Below, piece after piece: positions 26,389 to 37,326 of a DNA stretch of 58,591 nt. A program made the translations under genes and the position numbers. The stretch's first letter is position 1. Each line of letters starts with the position of its first letter. Source of the DNA: Verrucomicrobiota bacterium (GTDB taxonomy: Bacteria > Verrucomicrobiota > Verrucomicrobiia > Opitutales > JABDGR01). Below the pieces are notes generated by a model. The model made no database searches. It saw only the letters and a list, made by a program, of their open reading frames with translations, and was not told the origin of the DNA. Where the stretch lies: NCBI GenBank assembly GCA_013285985.1, contig JABDGR010000002.1:1-58591 (forward strand). The letters are read 5' to 3'.

Positions 26389-27675
26389 GTGAAAAAACTC
26401 GACCTGCTTACCCTGGGAGACGAGCTCTTGTTGGGCCTCCGCCCAAATGCGCATCTGGATTACCTCGGCGGCGAATTTGCCCGACATGGCCTGCCGCTGC
26501 GCCGCAACATCGTGGTTGGGGATGCCCCCGCGGACATTGAGGCCGCCTTCCGCGATGCCTGGCAGAGCGCCGATGTCATCGTCACCACCGGTGGTCTCGG
26601 GCCGACTTCGGATGACAATACGCGCGAAGCCATCGCCCAAGTGCTGGGCCTCCCGCTCGAGTTCGACCCCGCGGTCGAAGCAGCCATTGTCGAACGCTTT
26701 GCGCGCTCGGGCCGCCGCATCAATGACCTGGATCGCAAACAATGTTACCGTCCGCGCGGCGCGCAACCGTTGCGCAATCGTGCCGGCACCGCCCCCGGAA
26801 TTTATCTGGAGAAGGACGGCAAAATCCTCGTCATGCTTCCCGGCCCGGCCAATGAACTGTGGCCGATGTTTGAAAGCGAAGTTCTGCCGCGGCTCCAAAC
26901 CGCGGGGGTGCTGTCTTCCGGCGAGGCTTATTTGCAACTGCGCACTGCGGGCGTTCCGGAACTCCACGTCGAGCAGCGCATCCGCCCCATCGTGGATAAA
27001 TACCCCGGCCTCGGGCTGGCTTTTTGCGCGCACCAGGGCGTGGTGGACGTTCGCATCGCGCCGGCGGCGCGCGACTTTGGCCCGACCCAGCTTCAGGCCA
27101 TCGGCGACGAAATGAGTGCGGCGCTGGGCGAGGACTTTGTCTGCTTCGGCCACGCCACCCTCGCGCAAGTTGTGCTCGACGAACTGCGGGCCCGCGCGGC
27201 CACGCTCGCCGTTGCTGAATCGTGCACGGGCGGCCTGCTGGCCAGTGCTTTAACGGATATTCCCGGGGCGTCAAAAATTTTTCTCGGTGGCGTCGTCTCC
27301 TACACCGACGACGCGAAACTGCAAATGCTCGACGTGCCCGAAAGCCTCCTCGATCAGCACGGGCCCGTCAGCGCGGAAACCGCGGTGGCCATGGTCACCG
27401 GCGCGGCCGAACGTTTCGGCGCGGACTACGCACTCAGCGTCACCGGCCTGGCCGGGCCCGAAGGCGGCACCAAGGAATTGCCGGTCGGCACCGTTTTCCT
27501 TGGCTATTCGTCACCCGTCGGCGCCTGGTCGCGCAAAATGTTTTTTTCCGGCGACCGGCTTACCGTGAAGGCGCGCACTGTCAATGCGGCGCTCGACTGG
27601 ATGCGGCGCAAACTCCTCAAGTACAAAGTCGCCGAGCTGCATGCGACGGGCGTCGGCCGTGAAGCGAAGCCCTAA
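26389..27675 (+). CDS. cinA: CinA-family protein (MoCF-like domain plus nicotinamide-nucleotide amidohydrolase PncC domain)
   Basis: (M)KKLDLLTLGDELLLG N-terminus and the C-terminal AESCTGGLLASALTDIPGAS motif. GTG at 26389 or 26353. Confidence 0.88.
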   Translation: MKKLDLLTLGDELLLGLRPNAHLDYLGGEFARHGLPLRRNIVVGDAPADIEAAFRDAWQSADVIVTTGGLGPTSDDNTREAIAQVLGLPLEFDPAVEAAIVERFARSGRRINDLDRKQCYRPRGAQPLRNRAGTAPGIYLEKDGKILVMLPGPANELWPMFESEVLPRLQTAGVLSSGEAYLQLRTAGVPELHVEQRIRPIVDKYPGLGLAFCAHQGVVDVRIAPAARDFGPTQLQAIGDEMSAALGEDFVCFGHATLAQVVLDELRARAATLAVAESCTGGLLASALTDIPGASKIFLGGVVSYTDDAKLQMLDVPESLLDQHGPVSAETAVAMVTGAAERFGADYALSVTGLAGPEGGTKELPVGTVFLGYSSPVGAWSRKMFFSGDRLTVKARTVNAALDWMRRKLLKYKVAELHATGVGREAKP

Positions 27676-27708
27676 GCGCGCCCGGGGGCGAGCTTCCTCT
27701 ATTGCAAA

Positions 27709-29034
27709 TCACGCCACCGCGTCGCCCGCTTGTTCCGGCATCTGTAATTTCGCGATTTCCGCCGGGATGGCGTATTCGCGCACGGTTTCAAGCAGGCGCT
27801 TCGGCAGCAGTCCCTCGACGTAAACGCCTTCGGCGCGCGCTTGTTCGCGCCGGACGGCTCCGGCTTGGTGCAGGCGGTTGATCAGGTCGTAGCGCGAATG
27901 GGGAATCAGCAGGGCCTGCGGGATGGATTCTTCCGCGACCAGGTCTTCCAGCCGCGCGAGCAAGCCGTCCACGCCCTCCCGGGTATGCGCGCTTAAGAAA
28001 ATTGCGCCCGGGAACTGGACTTTCAGTTCAGTGAGTCGCAAGGGGTCGGCCACCCGGTCGAGTTTGTTAAAGACCGTCAGGATGCGCGCGTGGTCGGCGC
28101 CCAGTTCGGCGAGGACGGCCATGGTCGTCGCATGGTGAGCAGACGCCTCGGGGCTGGAGGCATCCACGACATGGATAAGAAAATCTGCCACCAGGGCTTC
28201 TTCCAGCGTCGCCTTAAACGCTTCGACCAGCCGGTGCGGCAGACGGCGCACAAAGCCCACCGTGTCCGTGAGCAGCAACACGCGGCCCGAGGCCATGCGC
28301 AAACGGCGGGTCGCGGGGTCAAGCGTGGCAAACAATTTGTCTTCGGCGAGCACATGCGCGCCGGTGAGCGCATGGAGTAGCGAAGATTTGCCGGCGTTGG
28401 TGTAACCGACAATGGCCGCGGTGGGCAACGGCACGCGCAGGCGCTGGCGACGCTGCACGTCGCGTTGCTTGCGAACCGTCGCCAATTCGGCGCGCAGGCG
28501 CTGGATGCGGTCGCGCACCAGGCGTTGGTCGAGTTCAAGCTGCGTTTCGCCTTCCCCGCGTTGGTTGACACCGCCGCCGCGCTGGCGGGAAAGGTGGCTC
28601 CAGGCCCGGCGCAGGCGCGGGAGAAAATATTCCGACTGCGCCAGCTCGACTTGCAGCCGCGCTTCCTTGGTCCGCGCGCGGGCCGCGAAAATGTCGAGGA
28701 TGACTTCCTGCCGGTCAATGACGATCAGGCCGCTTTCAGCCTCCCAGTTGCGCTGCTGGGCGGGGTGCAGTTCGTCGTCAAAAATCACCAACTCGCAGTC
28801 GTGGGCTTTGGCTTCGGCGATGATTTCCTGCGTTTTGCCGGTGCCGAGCAAAAAGCGCGGGTTGAGTTCGCGGATGCGCACCAATTGGCGTGCGGGTATG
28901 GTCAGCCCCAGGTTGGCGGACAATTCAGCCAGTTCCTCTAAAAGCGCTTCCGCCTCTTCGCGGGTCTGGTCAGGCCCTTGCAAGCCAACCAAATAGGCGC
29001 GGGGCGCGGCGGGTTTCGCAATAACGCCACTCAT
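27709..29034 (-). CDS. hflX: GTPase HflX
   Basis: G1 GYTNAGKSSLLHALTG, G3 DTVGF and the HflX N-terminal domain. ATG at 29034 (track TTG at 29067). Confidence 0.93.
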   Translation of the reverse strand: MSGVIAKPAAPRAYLVGLQGPDQTREEAEALLEELAELSANLGLTIPARQLVRIRELNPRFLLGTGKTQEIIAEAKAHDCELVIFDDELHPAQQRNWEAESGLIVIDRQEVILDIFAARARTKEARLQVELAQSEYFLPRLRRAWSHLSRQRGGGVNQRGEGETQLELDQRLVRDRIQRLRAELATVRKQRDVQRRQRLRVPLPTAAIVGYTNAGKSSLLHALTGAHVLAEDKLFATLDPATRRLRMASGRVLLLTDTVGFVRRLPHRLVEAFKATLEEALVADFLIHVVDASSPEASAHHATTMAVLAELGADHARILTVFNKLDRVADPLRLTELKVQFPGAIFLSAHTREGVDGLLARLEDLVAEESIPQALLIPHSRYDLINRLHQAGAVRREQARAEGVYVEGLLPKRLLETVREYAIPAEIAKLQMPEQAGDAVA

Positions 29035-29213
29035 GCGCGCCAGGAAATGGGAAACTTGCTCATGCAAATTATCGCGGTCGGAAACTTTAAGTTTACGAGA
29101 GCAGTATGATTCAAAATGCTCCCGGTGTCAAGGATGCCAGGCCTGTCGGGAATGGTTTGCGTTGTGACAAATTCGCGACTAGGAAAATCATCCGCGTCCG
29201 CATTAACCCACCG

Positions 29214-30641
29214 ATGAAGCTCGCCGTCTATTCCGGTTCCAGGTTTTGGCTTCATTTTCTGCCGGCGCTGACGTGGGTGGCAGCCATTTTTAGCACGGGG
29301 TGCGCCGGTGGCGGGGCCCGCGCGCCAGAGCCGACCACCCCGGAGGAAACTTACGCCAACCCACAGGCCTATCCATCGCCTTACCAATCGGCGACACCCC
29401 CTCGGCAACCGGCGGCAACGCCCAAGCCCGTACCACCGCCCGTCGCGCGTGTGGCCCTGGGGATTGATGTGCTCGCCGCAGAAAATTTTTCCTACCTGCA
29501 AGGCCGGCGCGTCGGGCTGTTGACTCATCCGGCGGGGGTAAACCGCGACGGGGTGAGCACGATCGACATTTTGCGGCGGGCGCCGGGAGTAAAACTCGTC
29601 GCGCTGTTCGGCCCGGAGCATGGTCTTTATGGCGATGAGGCGGCGGGCAACCCCGTGGCCAACCGGGTGGACAAGAAAACCGGGCTGCCTGTGTATTCGC
29701 TTTACGGCGATTTCCGCAAGCCGACGCCCGACATGCTCAAGGGCGTCGACGTGATGGTGGTGGATTTGCAGGACATCGGCACGCGCTCCTACACCTTCAT
29801 CAGTTGCCTGCGCAAAACGATGGAGGCGTGCTTCGAGCAGAATATAACCGTCGTTGTCCTTGATCGCCCCAACCCGCTGGGCGGCTTGAAGGTCGGCGGG
29901 CCGATAATTGAGGACAAGTGGTTGAGCTACGTCGGCGATTATCGCGTGCCTTATGTGTTTGGATTGACCATCGGCGAACTGGCGCAAATGGCCAAGGACA
30001 ACCCCGGCTGGCTTGATGTGCCCGAAAACGTGCGCGTGAGCGGAAAGCTCATAGTTGTGCCCATGAACGGCTGGCGCCGTTCGATGATTTGGCAAGACAC
30101 AGGCCTGAAGTGGGCACCCACCTCGCCGAATATTCCGACGGTGGGCGCGGCGTTCGGCTACAGCCTGGCGGGGCTGGCAGGGGCCATTAACACCGCCAAG
30201 TTTCAACATGGCGTCGGCACCGCGTACCCTTTCCGATTTTTGAATTATCCGAATCGCCGGCCTGCCGACGTGGCGGCAACGATGAACGCGCTCAACCTGG
30301 CCGGCCTCAATTTTGTGTCTTATACGTATCGCGATGCAGAAGGCACCGAACGCTCCGGCGTTTATGTGAATATCACCGACTGGAACGCGGTCGAACCGAC
30401 GCGGCTCGCATTCGAAATGATGAAGCTCGACGCCGCGTGGAACCCCAACGGCAATCCTTACGGTAAACTCAGCGGGACTGAGGCCAACAGCTTCGAAAAA
30501 TATGTTGGCTCAACCGCCTGGTTTCAGGAAATCAGCACCAAGGGCCGGCGCGCCGATGTGGCGGCTTTTTTCCGCACGTGGGACGCCCAGGACGCCGCCT
30601 TCCAGCAATGGAGCCAGCGCTGGTGGATTTATCCAAAATAG
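29214..30641 (+). CDS. DUF1343-family lipoprotein (NamZ-like exo-beta-N-acetylmuramidase family)
   Basis: ATG at 29214 with lipobox-like FSTGC. GLLTHPAGVNRDGVSTIDIL and VVDLQDIGTRSYTF are typical of DUF1343. Confidence 0.8.
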   Translation: MKLAVYSGSRFWLHFLPALTWVAAIFSTGCAGGGARAPEPTTPEETYANPQAYPSPYQSATPPRQPAATPKPVPPPVARVALGIDVLAAENFSYLQGRRVGLLTHPAGVNRDGVSTIDILRRAPGVKLVALFGPEHGLYGDEAAGNPVANRVDKKTGLPVYSLYGDFRKPTPDMLKGVDVMVVDLQDIGTRSYTFISCLRKTMEACFEQNITVVVLDRPNPLGGLKVGGPIIEDKWLSYVGDYRVPYVFGLTIGELAQMAKDNPGWLDVPENVRVSGKLIVVPMNGWRRSMIWQDTGLKWAPTSPNIPTVGAAFGYSLAGLAGAINTAKFQHGVGTAYPFRFLNYPNRRPADVAATMNALNLAGLNFVSYTYRDAEGTERSGVYVNITDWNAVEPTRLAFEMMKLDAAWNPNGNPYGKLSGTEANSFEKYVGSTAWFQEISTKGRRADVAAFFRTWDAQDAAFQQWSQRWWIYPK

Positions 30642-30694
30642 CAGGGGCCCTCGAGCGAAGTAAATCTGGCCGCAATCGTTACCGAGATATAAAA

Positions 30695-31756
30695 TCACAA
30701 CAACACGGTTTGCCCGGCATTGGCCGGAGGAACAACCCCGGCCGCCTTCCAGCCTTTTTCCGTCAAAACGCGACCCTGAGGCGTGCGTTGCAGATAGCCT
30801 TCCTGGATTAAGAACGGCTCGTGCACTTCCTCGAGGGTGTGCTCCTCTTCGCCGACGGCGACGGCGATGGTGTTCACGCCGACGGGGCCGCCTTTATAAT
30901 TGTGGGCCAGGACGCGCAGGATGCGCTTGTCCATTTCATCGAGGCCGGCTTTGTCAATTTCCAGCAATTCGAGTGCGGCTTCGACGACGGCGGCGGTAAT
31001 CACCCCTTGGGAGCGCTGGTGGGCGTAGTCCCGGACGAAGTGGAGCAGGTTGTTGACGATGCGGGGCGTGCCGCGGGCGCGGGCGGCGATGACTTGGGCG
31101 CCGTGGTCGTCCAGGTCCATTTTCACCAGCCGGCAGGTGCGGCGCACAATTTTTACGAGTTCCTCGCGGGAATAATAATCGAGGCGCGATTGCAGGGTGA
31201 AGCGGCTGCGCAGTGGCGCCGTGAGCAGGCCGGTGCGCGTCGTTGCGCCGACGAGGGTGAAGCGCGGAATGGTCAGGCGCACGCTGCGCGCGTTCGGGCC
31301 CTGGTCGATGAGGATGTCGATGCGGAAGTCCTCCATCGCGGAATAAAGGTATTCTTCGACAGTTTTCGACAGCCGGTGGATTTCGTCGATAAACAGGATG
31401 TCGCCTTCGGCGAGGTTGGTAAGCAGTCCGGCGAGGTCGCCGGCTTTTTCGATGACCGGCCCGGAGGTAACGCGCACCTTCCGGCCCATTTCATGGCCGA
31501 GGATGAAGGCGAGGGTGGTTTTACCCAGGCCCGGCGGGCCGGAAAGCAGCACATGGTTCAGGGCTTCACCGCGGGCTTTGGCCGCGCCGACGATGACGCG
31601 CAGGCGTTCGACCGTTTTGGCCTGGCCCGTGAAATCGTCAAAGGACGGCGGGCGCAACACGGCTTCCGCCGCGGCGGCCGGGCCGTCGGGCGGCGGCTGG
31701 TTCAAGGGGCCGCGCAGCGCCGCGGTGCCTTTGACGCTGGATTTTTTTTCGCTCAT
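30695..31756 (-). CDS. ruvB: Holliday junction branch migration DNA helicase RuvB
   Basis: Walker A GPPGLGKTTLA, Walker B ILFIDEIHRL and the RuvB C-terminal winged helix. ATG at 31756. Confidence 0.95.
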   Translation of the reverse strand: MSEKKSSVKGTAALRGPLNQPPPDGPAAAAEAVLRPPSFDDFTGQAKTVERLRVIVGAAKARGEALNHVLLSGPPGLGKTTLAFILGHEMGRKVRVTSGPVIEKAGDLAGLLTNLAEGDILFIDEIHRLSKTVEEYLYSAMEDFRIDILIDQGPNARSVRLTIPRFTLVGATTRTGLLTAPLRSRFTLQSRLDYYSREELVKIVRRTCRLVKMDLDDHGAQVIAARARGTPRIVNNLLHFVRDYAHQRSQGVITAAVVEAALELLEIDKAGLDEMDKRILRVLAHNYKGGPVGVNTIAVAVGEEEHTLEEVHEPFLIQEGYLQRTPQGRVLTEKGWKAAGVVPPANAGQTVLL

Positions 31757-31888
31757 GCCGGTAATGGCCAGTAATAACAGCAGCGGACGCAACGCCAAGA
31801 ACCAAAGGTGGCGCGGGTATAATCGGCCAGTTGGGGGTCATCTTTTCGCTCGCTCTGGATGGTTGGTTTTGTTCTATTCCCCGTCCCC

Positions 31889-32335
31889 ATGAAAAAACCA
31901 TCCGCCATCATTTTCGCCCTCCTTCTGGCGCTTGTCACGCCGGGCCTCATCTATGCCGCTCCGGCCGCTGCGCCGGCGGTTCCGGAAGTCGTGACCAAAG
32001 GCTTTGAGGCCTACAAAAAATCTTCCGCCGACGCGATAAATGCCTGGTACGTCGGATCGCCCATGGAAAAAAACAGCGAGGCGCGCCTCACCTTTGGCAA
32101 CAATCTGGCGAATTTTGAGAAGGGTTACGGGAAATATCTTGGCTGGGAGCTGGTCAAAGTCGTGCCGATTACTGCGTCCACGGAAATTGTCTATGCCGTG
32201 ATTAAATATGAAAAAGGGCCGATATGGGTGGCCTTTGATTGCTACAAGGCCGCGGATCAGTGGGTTCTGCCGTCCATCCGTTTGCAGACCAACGCGCAAG
32301 GCCTTCTGCCGCCATCATTGCTTGGCGGGCAGTAA
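31889..32335 (+). CDS. hypothetical small secreted protein
   Basis: ATG at 31889 gives the signal peptide MKKPSAIIFALLLALVTPGLIYA. No family recognised. Confidence 0.55.
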   Translation: MKKPSAIIFALLLALVTPGLIYAAPAAAPAVPEVVTKGFEAYKKSSADAINAWYVGSPMEKNSEARLTFGNNLANFEKGYGKYLGWELVKVVPITASTEIVYAVIKYEKGPIWVAFDCYKAADQWVLPSIRLQTNAQGLLPPSLLGGQ

Positions 32336-32346
32336 AATCGGCCGGG

Positions 32347-34632
32347 CTAACCTGGGCTGCGGCGCGGCAGCCACCAGCAACCGAGCCAGATTAACCACGC
32401 TACGGCGGTCACGAGCAGGCCCGTATGCCACGATGGTGGGTCGTAAACGACCATCAGGTGGTGATGCCCCGCCGCCAGGGGAATCGCGCGCACAATATAA
32501 TCTCCCGGCAGAACGTCATAATGGTCTTGGGTGCTGCCCGGCAGCGGGCGGGCGCGCCAGTCGCGGCTGTATAAATCCGTGATGAGGAGGATGGCCGGTG
32601 CGGGCGTGTCCGCTTCGATGCTGAGCGAGTCAGTGGTCGAGTCCGTCACTTTGGCCGTGCTGGCTATCGCGGAGGGTTGCGGACGTGGGGTAGGTTCCGT
32701 TTCAAGCAAGACTGTTTGGCGCGGATCGAAATCCGGCTTGGCGAATGCGGCGAAGACGGCGTCGCGGTTTGGCAGCACCTGATAATGCTGCACGAGCAGG
32801 ACGCGCGGCAATGCGCCGCGGCCTTCGACGATTTGATAGCCCTTGTCCGCATGCACAAAGGCGAAGCGAAAGCGGACCAGCGACAAAATCGGCGGCAGGT
32901 ATTTGAATTCCACGTATTGGGTGACATGATCCATCGGCCCTTGTTGGGCGAAGGTCATGAACTCGGCGTAACGCTTGAGCACCGCCGGGTCGTTGCCCCA
33001 TAAATCGGGTGCGCCAAGAAAGTACCCGTTGTCCTCGCGGTCGAAGTTTAACACGCGGTAGTCGCCGGGATGCGCTTCGACGTAGGCAGCCAGAATATCA
33101 GGCATCACCTCGGGCCAGCGGGACGTGCCCAGGCCGCCCCATGCAAACGAGAGCATTTCGAGCGGCAGCAACGCCAGCGGCACCCAGCGAAATTCCGGCC
33201 GACGCAATCCCGCCATCAGGCTGGTGCCGATAATCAGCCCCAGCCCGCCGGCCAGCAGCAAAGAATGGGCGGCGCCGGCGCCCAGGGTGGCTAGTGCCGG
33301 CTCGGGCGGATAGCCAACCCGCCCAAGGTAACTTTCGTGGGTGCCGACGATGAAGCTCCGCAAGGCGGCAATGCCTTCGGGGCTAACCACGAGATAACCT
33401 CCCGCCACCACCACTAGCAAGCTCACCGCCAGCACACCTCGTGCAAAAAATTTGCGCTCCAGCCGGCCACGCACCACGGCGTCGGCGCCCGCGCCGAGCA
33501 TCAGGATGACGAAGAGCAGCATCGGAAAAGAAAACTTGGCCAGGGTGCGGAAAGACCCAAAACCCGGGAAATAATCGTAAAGGATGCGCAAGAGCGGAGT
33601 ATGCCCCCCGAGGGCGAGCAGAAAGAGCAGCGCCGCGACGGCCAAATCCCGGCGGGCCGGGCGGCGGTGTTCGCGATCGCCGAGGGCAAACAGGGCGAGA
33701 ATCACGCCCGAGACGCCCATAAATACGGAAGCCTCCCACAAATAAATGCGGCCCCAATAGGTTTCAACGGGTAGATGGCCAAAAAACCATGGAGCGAAGA
33801 GCGTCAGGAGATTTTCCGGCGGAAAGGAAAATGAGCTCGCGAAGCTGAATTCCACTTTACCCTGGCGCACACTTTCAGCGGCCGCGGCAAAACCTGGTAA
33901 AAGTTGGGCCGCCGCCAGCGCCGCGGCCCCGGCATATACCACCACAGTCATTGGCAGCGCGCGCCGGATAAGAGAACGATCCGTCACGCTGAAGGCCAGC
34001 GCGTTCAACCCGGCGGCAATGGCGGTGTAGAAGACATATTGGGGATGCCCCGCGAGAATTTGTAGGCACACGCCCATGGCCGCGAGCAGCAACGGGCGCC
34101 GCGCGGGTCCGCGCCAGGCGTTTTCCAGAAAAATCAAAATCCACGGCGCCCAGGCCATGGAGCACACACTCGCCAAATGCCCGCCAAATAAATGCGGAAA
34201 AACCGGTCCGCACAAGGCTGCCGTAAACCCGGCCAGTGCACAGGCGGCGGGATGAAACCCGCGCCGCGTGCACCAATAGCCCATGCCCCAGGCCAGAATC
34301 AGCAAATGGAGCAGAAACGACAAATTCAGCGTCTGAACCAGCGGCAAAAACAAAAAGATGACGTTCAGCGGATATAATTCGGCAGATTGGAAATCACCCA
34401 GAAACGGCTGGCCGGCGTAGGTGTAGGGGTTCCAAAGCGGCAGATGTCCTGCGCTGATGCTGTCTGCCGCAAATGCGCGCCACGCCGCGAACTGCCCGGT
34501 CAAGTCCGTCCCCGCGGCGGAAAGGAACAAATCATCCGGCAATAAAAGCGCCAGGGCCAGCACCCCGGCCAGGCTGAGCAGGACGAAGAGCCACACGCGA
34601 CGGAATTTGGCCGCCGGTTCCAAGGGGGTCAT
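32347..34632 (-). CDS. YfhO-like polytopic membrane protein (putative GT-C glycosyltransferase)
   Basis: 761 aa with more than 10 TM segments. The N-terminal motif DLTGQFAAWRAFAADSISAGHLPLWNPYTYAGQPF resembles the YfhO family. A soluble C-terminal domain follows. Confidence 0.65.
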   Translation of the reverse strand: MTPLEPAAKFRRVWLFVLLSLAGVLALALLLPDDLFLSAAGTDLTGQFAAWRAFAADSISAGHLPLWNPYTYAGQPFLGDFQSAELYPLNVIFLFLPLVQTLNLSFLLHLLILAWGMGYWCTRRGFHPAACALAGFTAALCGPVFPHLFGGHLASVCSMAWAPWILIFLENAWRGPARRPLLLAAMGVCLQILAGHPQYVFYTAIAAGLNALAFSVTDRSLIRRALPMTVVVYAGAAALAAAQLLPGFAAAAESVRQGKVEFSFASSFSFPPENLLTLFAPWFFGHLPVETYWGRIYLWEASVFMGVSGVILALFALGDREHRRPARRDLAVAALLFLLALGGHTPLLRILYDYFPGFGSFRTLAKFSFPMLLFVILMLGAGADAVVRGRLERKFFARGVLAVSLLVVVAGGYLVVSPEGIAALRSFIVGTHESYLGRVGYPPEPALATLGAGAAHSLLLAGGLGLIIGTSLMAGLRRPEFRWVPLALLPLEMLSFAWGGLGTSRWPEVMPDILAAYVEAHPGDYRVLNFDREDNGYFLGAPDLWGNDPAVLKRYAEFMTFAQQGPMDHVTQYVEFKYLPPILSLVRFRFAFVHADKGYQIVEGRGALPRVLLVQHYQVLPNRDAVFAAFAKPDFDPRQTVLLETEPTPRPQPSAIASTAKVTDSTTDSLSIEADTPAPAILLITDLYSRDWRARPLPGSTQDHYDVLPGDYIVRAIPLAAGHHHLMVVYDPPSWHTGLLVTAVAWLIWLGCWWLPRRSPG

Positions 34633-34689
34633 GCGGCGTATTCTGAACGCTTTTCGTCGGGCCAGTCGAGGGGGAAGCGTTGGCCGTGC

Positions 34690-35721
34690 TCAACTCGTCG
34701 GGAACGGATTCCGTTCGGAAAATTGCGCCTGGTGCCAGTAGGGGTAAATGCGCGGTTTGGCGCTCGCGGCGTCGAGCCTGGCCATTTGCGCCGCGGTGAG
34801 CTTCCAATTCACGGCGTCGAGGTTCTGCCGCAACTGCTCCTCATTGCGCGCGCCGATGATGACGGTGGACACGCTGGGCCGCTGTAACACCCAGTTGATG
34901 GCGATTTGCGCGACGCTATGGCCGGTTTCCTTCGCGATTTCATCGAGCACGTCCACAATGCGGTGAACCTCCTCATCCGGGGCCGGCGGAGCGATTTTCA
35001 CCGTCCATGGGTCTTGCAAGCGGCTGACCTTCGGCAATTTTTGCCCGCGCCGCACTTTGCCGCCGAGCCGCCCGAAGCCGAGCGGGCTCCACACCACCGC
35101 GCCGACGCCCTGGTCGAGCGCTAGCGGCATCAACTCCCATTCATATTCGCGTCCGATGAGCGAATAATAGGCCTGGTGCGCCACGTAACGCGCGAGGCCG
35201 TATTTTTCCGAGACGGCGAGCGACTTCATGATGTGCCAGCCGGAAAAATTCGAACAGCCGATATACCGGATTTTCCCTGCGCGCACCAAGTCATCCAGCG
35301 CGTGCAGCACTTCTTCGACCGGCGTCAAAGCGTCGAAGCCGTGCAATTGAAACAGGTCGATATAATCGGTGCCAAGGCGACGCAGGCTGCCTTCGCAGGC
35401 TTGGATTAAATGCGCGCGCGAGGAGCCGACATCGTTCGGCCCGTCGCCAAAGCGAAACGTTGCCTTCGTGGAAATGATGACTTTGTCGCGCCGGCCTTTG
35501 ATGGCGCCGCCGAGGACTTCCTCCGCCGCACCCGCGGAATAAATGTCCGCGGAATCAAACATTGAGACGCCGGCCTCGAGGCAAATATCCACGAGCCGCG
35601 TGGCTTCCTTGACGTCGGTGTTGCCCCATTCGGTAAAACCTTTGCCGCCCGCGAATGTCGCCGTGCCCAGGCTCAGCGCCGGCACCTTGAACCCCGATTT
35701 GCCAAGTTGTCGAAATTCCAT
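34690..35721 (-). CDS. aldo/keto reductase
   Basis: ATG at 35721 gives MEFRQLGKSGFKVPALSLGT, with FDSADIYS and IGCSNF motifs. The track ORF extends to 36234 but that part overlaps gnd. Confidence 0.9.
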   Translation of the reverse strand: MEFRQLGKSGFKVPALSLGTATFAGGKGFTEWGNTDVKEATRLVDICLEAGVSMFDSADIYSAGAAEEVLGGAIKGRRDKVIISTKATFRFGDGPNDVGSSRAHLIQACEGSLRRLGTDYIDLFQLHGFDALTPVEEVLHALDDLVRAGKIRYIGCSNFSGWHIMKSLAVSEKYGLARYVAHQAYYSLIGREYEWELMPLALDQGVGAVVWSPLGFGRLGGKVRRGQKLPKVSRLQDPWTVKIAPPAPDEEVHRIVDVLDEIAKETGHSVAQIAINWVLQRPSVSTVIIGARNEEQLRQNLDAVNWKLTAAQMARLDAASAKPRIYPYWHQAQFSERNPFPTS

Positions 35722-35764
35722 GGGGTGGGGAATGGTTCGGGAATAGAAAACCAGTTGCGCGGCT

Positions 35765-37267
35765 TCACATCGGCAACTGTGGGCGCTTCGGGTCGGGCCA
35801 GTCGATGTGGAAGAACTTGCCGCGGGGCTGGTCCACGCGCTCGTAGGTATGCGCGCCGAAAAAGTCACGTTGGCCCTGGAGCAAATTCTGCGGCAGGCGC
35901 TCGGCGCGGTAGCCGTCAAAATACGCCAGCGCGCTGGAGAAGCACGGCATCGGCACGCCGAATTCCGCGCCGAGGGCGACGACCCGCCGCCAGTTGTCCT
36001 GCGCGGCTTCAATTTGGCCGCGGAAATACGGGTCGAGCAGCAGGTTCGCCAGTTTGGCGTCGCGGGCGTAGGCCTCGGTAATTTTTTGCAGGAAGGCCGC
36101 GCGGATGATGCACCCACCGCGCCAGATTTGCGCGATTTCGCCGAAATTAAGCGTCCACTTGTATTCCTTCTGCGCCTCGCGCATGAGCTGGAAGCCCTGC
36201 GCATAGGAGCAAATTTTCGAACAATACAGCGCATCGTGCACGGCCTTGACCAATTCGTCCTTGTTGCCCGAGAATTTTTTCGTCGGGCCCTTTAGGATTT
36301 TCGACGCGGCCACGCGTTCGTCCTTGATGGCGCTGATGCAGCGGGCAAACACGGCTTCGGCAACGGTCGGCGCGGGCACGCCCATGTCGAGCGCACTCGT
36401 GGAGGTCCACTTGCCGGTGCCTTTTTGTCCGGCGGTGTCGAGGACGATGTCCACAAAGGGCCTCCCGGTGACAGAGTCTTTTTGTTTGAGCACCGCGGCG
36501 GAAATCTCGATGAGGAATGAGTCGAGCACTCCCGTGTTCCATTGTGCAAAAATGTCGCCAACGGTGGCCGGAGCGAGGCCGAGCAGACGCTGGAGCAGGT
36601 CATACGCTTCGCAAATCATCTGCATGTCGCCGTATTCGATGCCGTTGTGGACCATCTTCACGTAGTGGCCCGCGCCATCCGCGCCAATGTAGGCCGTGCA
36701 GGGCACACCTCCCTGGATGGGCTTGCCCGGCGCAGCTCCTTCGAGCGGCTTGCCCGTCTTGGGGTCCACCTTCGCGGCGACGGCCCGCCAGACCGGCTCC
36801 AATTCTTTCCACGCGTCCATCGTGCCGCCGGGCATGAGCGAAGGGCCGAAGCGCGCGCCTTCCTCGCCGCCGGAAACCCCGCTGCCGATGAAGCGCAGGC
36901 CCTTGTCGCGCAGGCGTTTTTCGCGCGCGATGGTGTCGTTCCAATTCGCGTTGCCGCCGTCGATGATGATGTCGCCCGCCTCAAAGAGCGCGGCCAGCTC
37001 GTCAATCACGGCCTCGGTCGCGGTACCGGCTTTCACGAGGATGACCACCTTGCGCGGCTTCTTGAGCGACTTTACAAAGTCTTCGAGCTTGGCAAAGCCC
37101 ACGAGGCCGCCGGGCGTGTTGGGGTTTTCGGCGACGAACGCGTCGGTCTTCGAGGCCGTGCGGTTGAACACGGAGATGCGGAAGCCGTGGTCGGCGATGT
37201 TAAGCGCGAGGTTCTGGCCCATGACGGCAAGGCCGACGAGCCCGATGTCTGAGGTGGCGGTTGGCAT
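35765..37267 (-). CDS. gnd: 6-phosphogluconate dehydrogenase, decarboxylating
   Basis: N-terminal Rossmann motif [22 protein letters not shown]. Length is 500 aa, with the conserved IIDGGN motif and the C-terminal domain. Confidence 0.95.
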   Translation of the reverse strand: MPTATSDIGLVGLAVMGQNLALNIADHGFRISVFNRTASKTDAFVAENPNTPGGLVGFAKLEDFVKSLKKPRKVVILVKAGTATEAVIDELAALFEAGDIIIDGGNANWNDTIAREKRLRDKGLRFIGSGVSGGEEGARFGPSLMPGGTMDAWKELEPVWRAVAAKVDPKTGKPLEGAAPGKPIQGGVPCTAYIGADGAGHYVKMVHNGIEYGDMQMICEAYDLLQRLLGLAPATVGDIFAQWNTGVLDSFLIEISAAVLKQKDSVTGRPFVDIVLDTAGQKGTGKWTSTSALDMGVPAPTVAEAVFARCISAIKDERVAASKILKGPTKKFSGNKDELVKAVHDALYCSKICSYAQGFQLMREAQKEYKWTLNFGEIAQIWRGGCIIRAAFLQKITEAYARDAKLANLLLDPYFRGQIEAAQDNWRRVVALGAEFGVPMPCFSSALAYFDGYRAERLPQNLLQGQRDFFGAHTYERVDQPRGKFFHIDWPDPKRPQLPM

Positions 37268-37326
37268 GATGAGAAAAGGAGCCGGACTTTAGGGCAGAGC
37301 GCACGCCACCGAAAGCCTAAAATCAC

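Noticed and set aside
34690-36234. A 514-aa ORF suggesting an N-terminally extended aldo/keto reductase or a fusion protein.
   Set aside because: The upstream 170 codons are Arg/Ser/Ala-rich nonsense and overlap the 3-prime end of gnd (35765..37267) in another frame. The AKR family N-terminus MEFRQLGKSG starts at the ATG at 35721.
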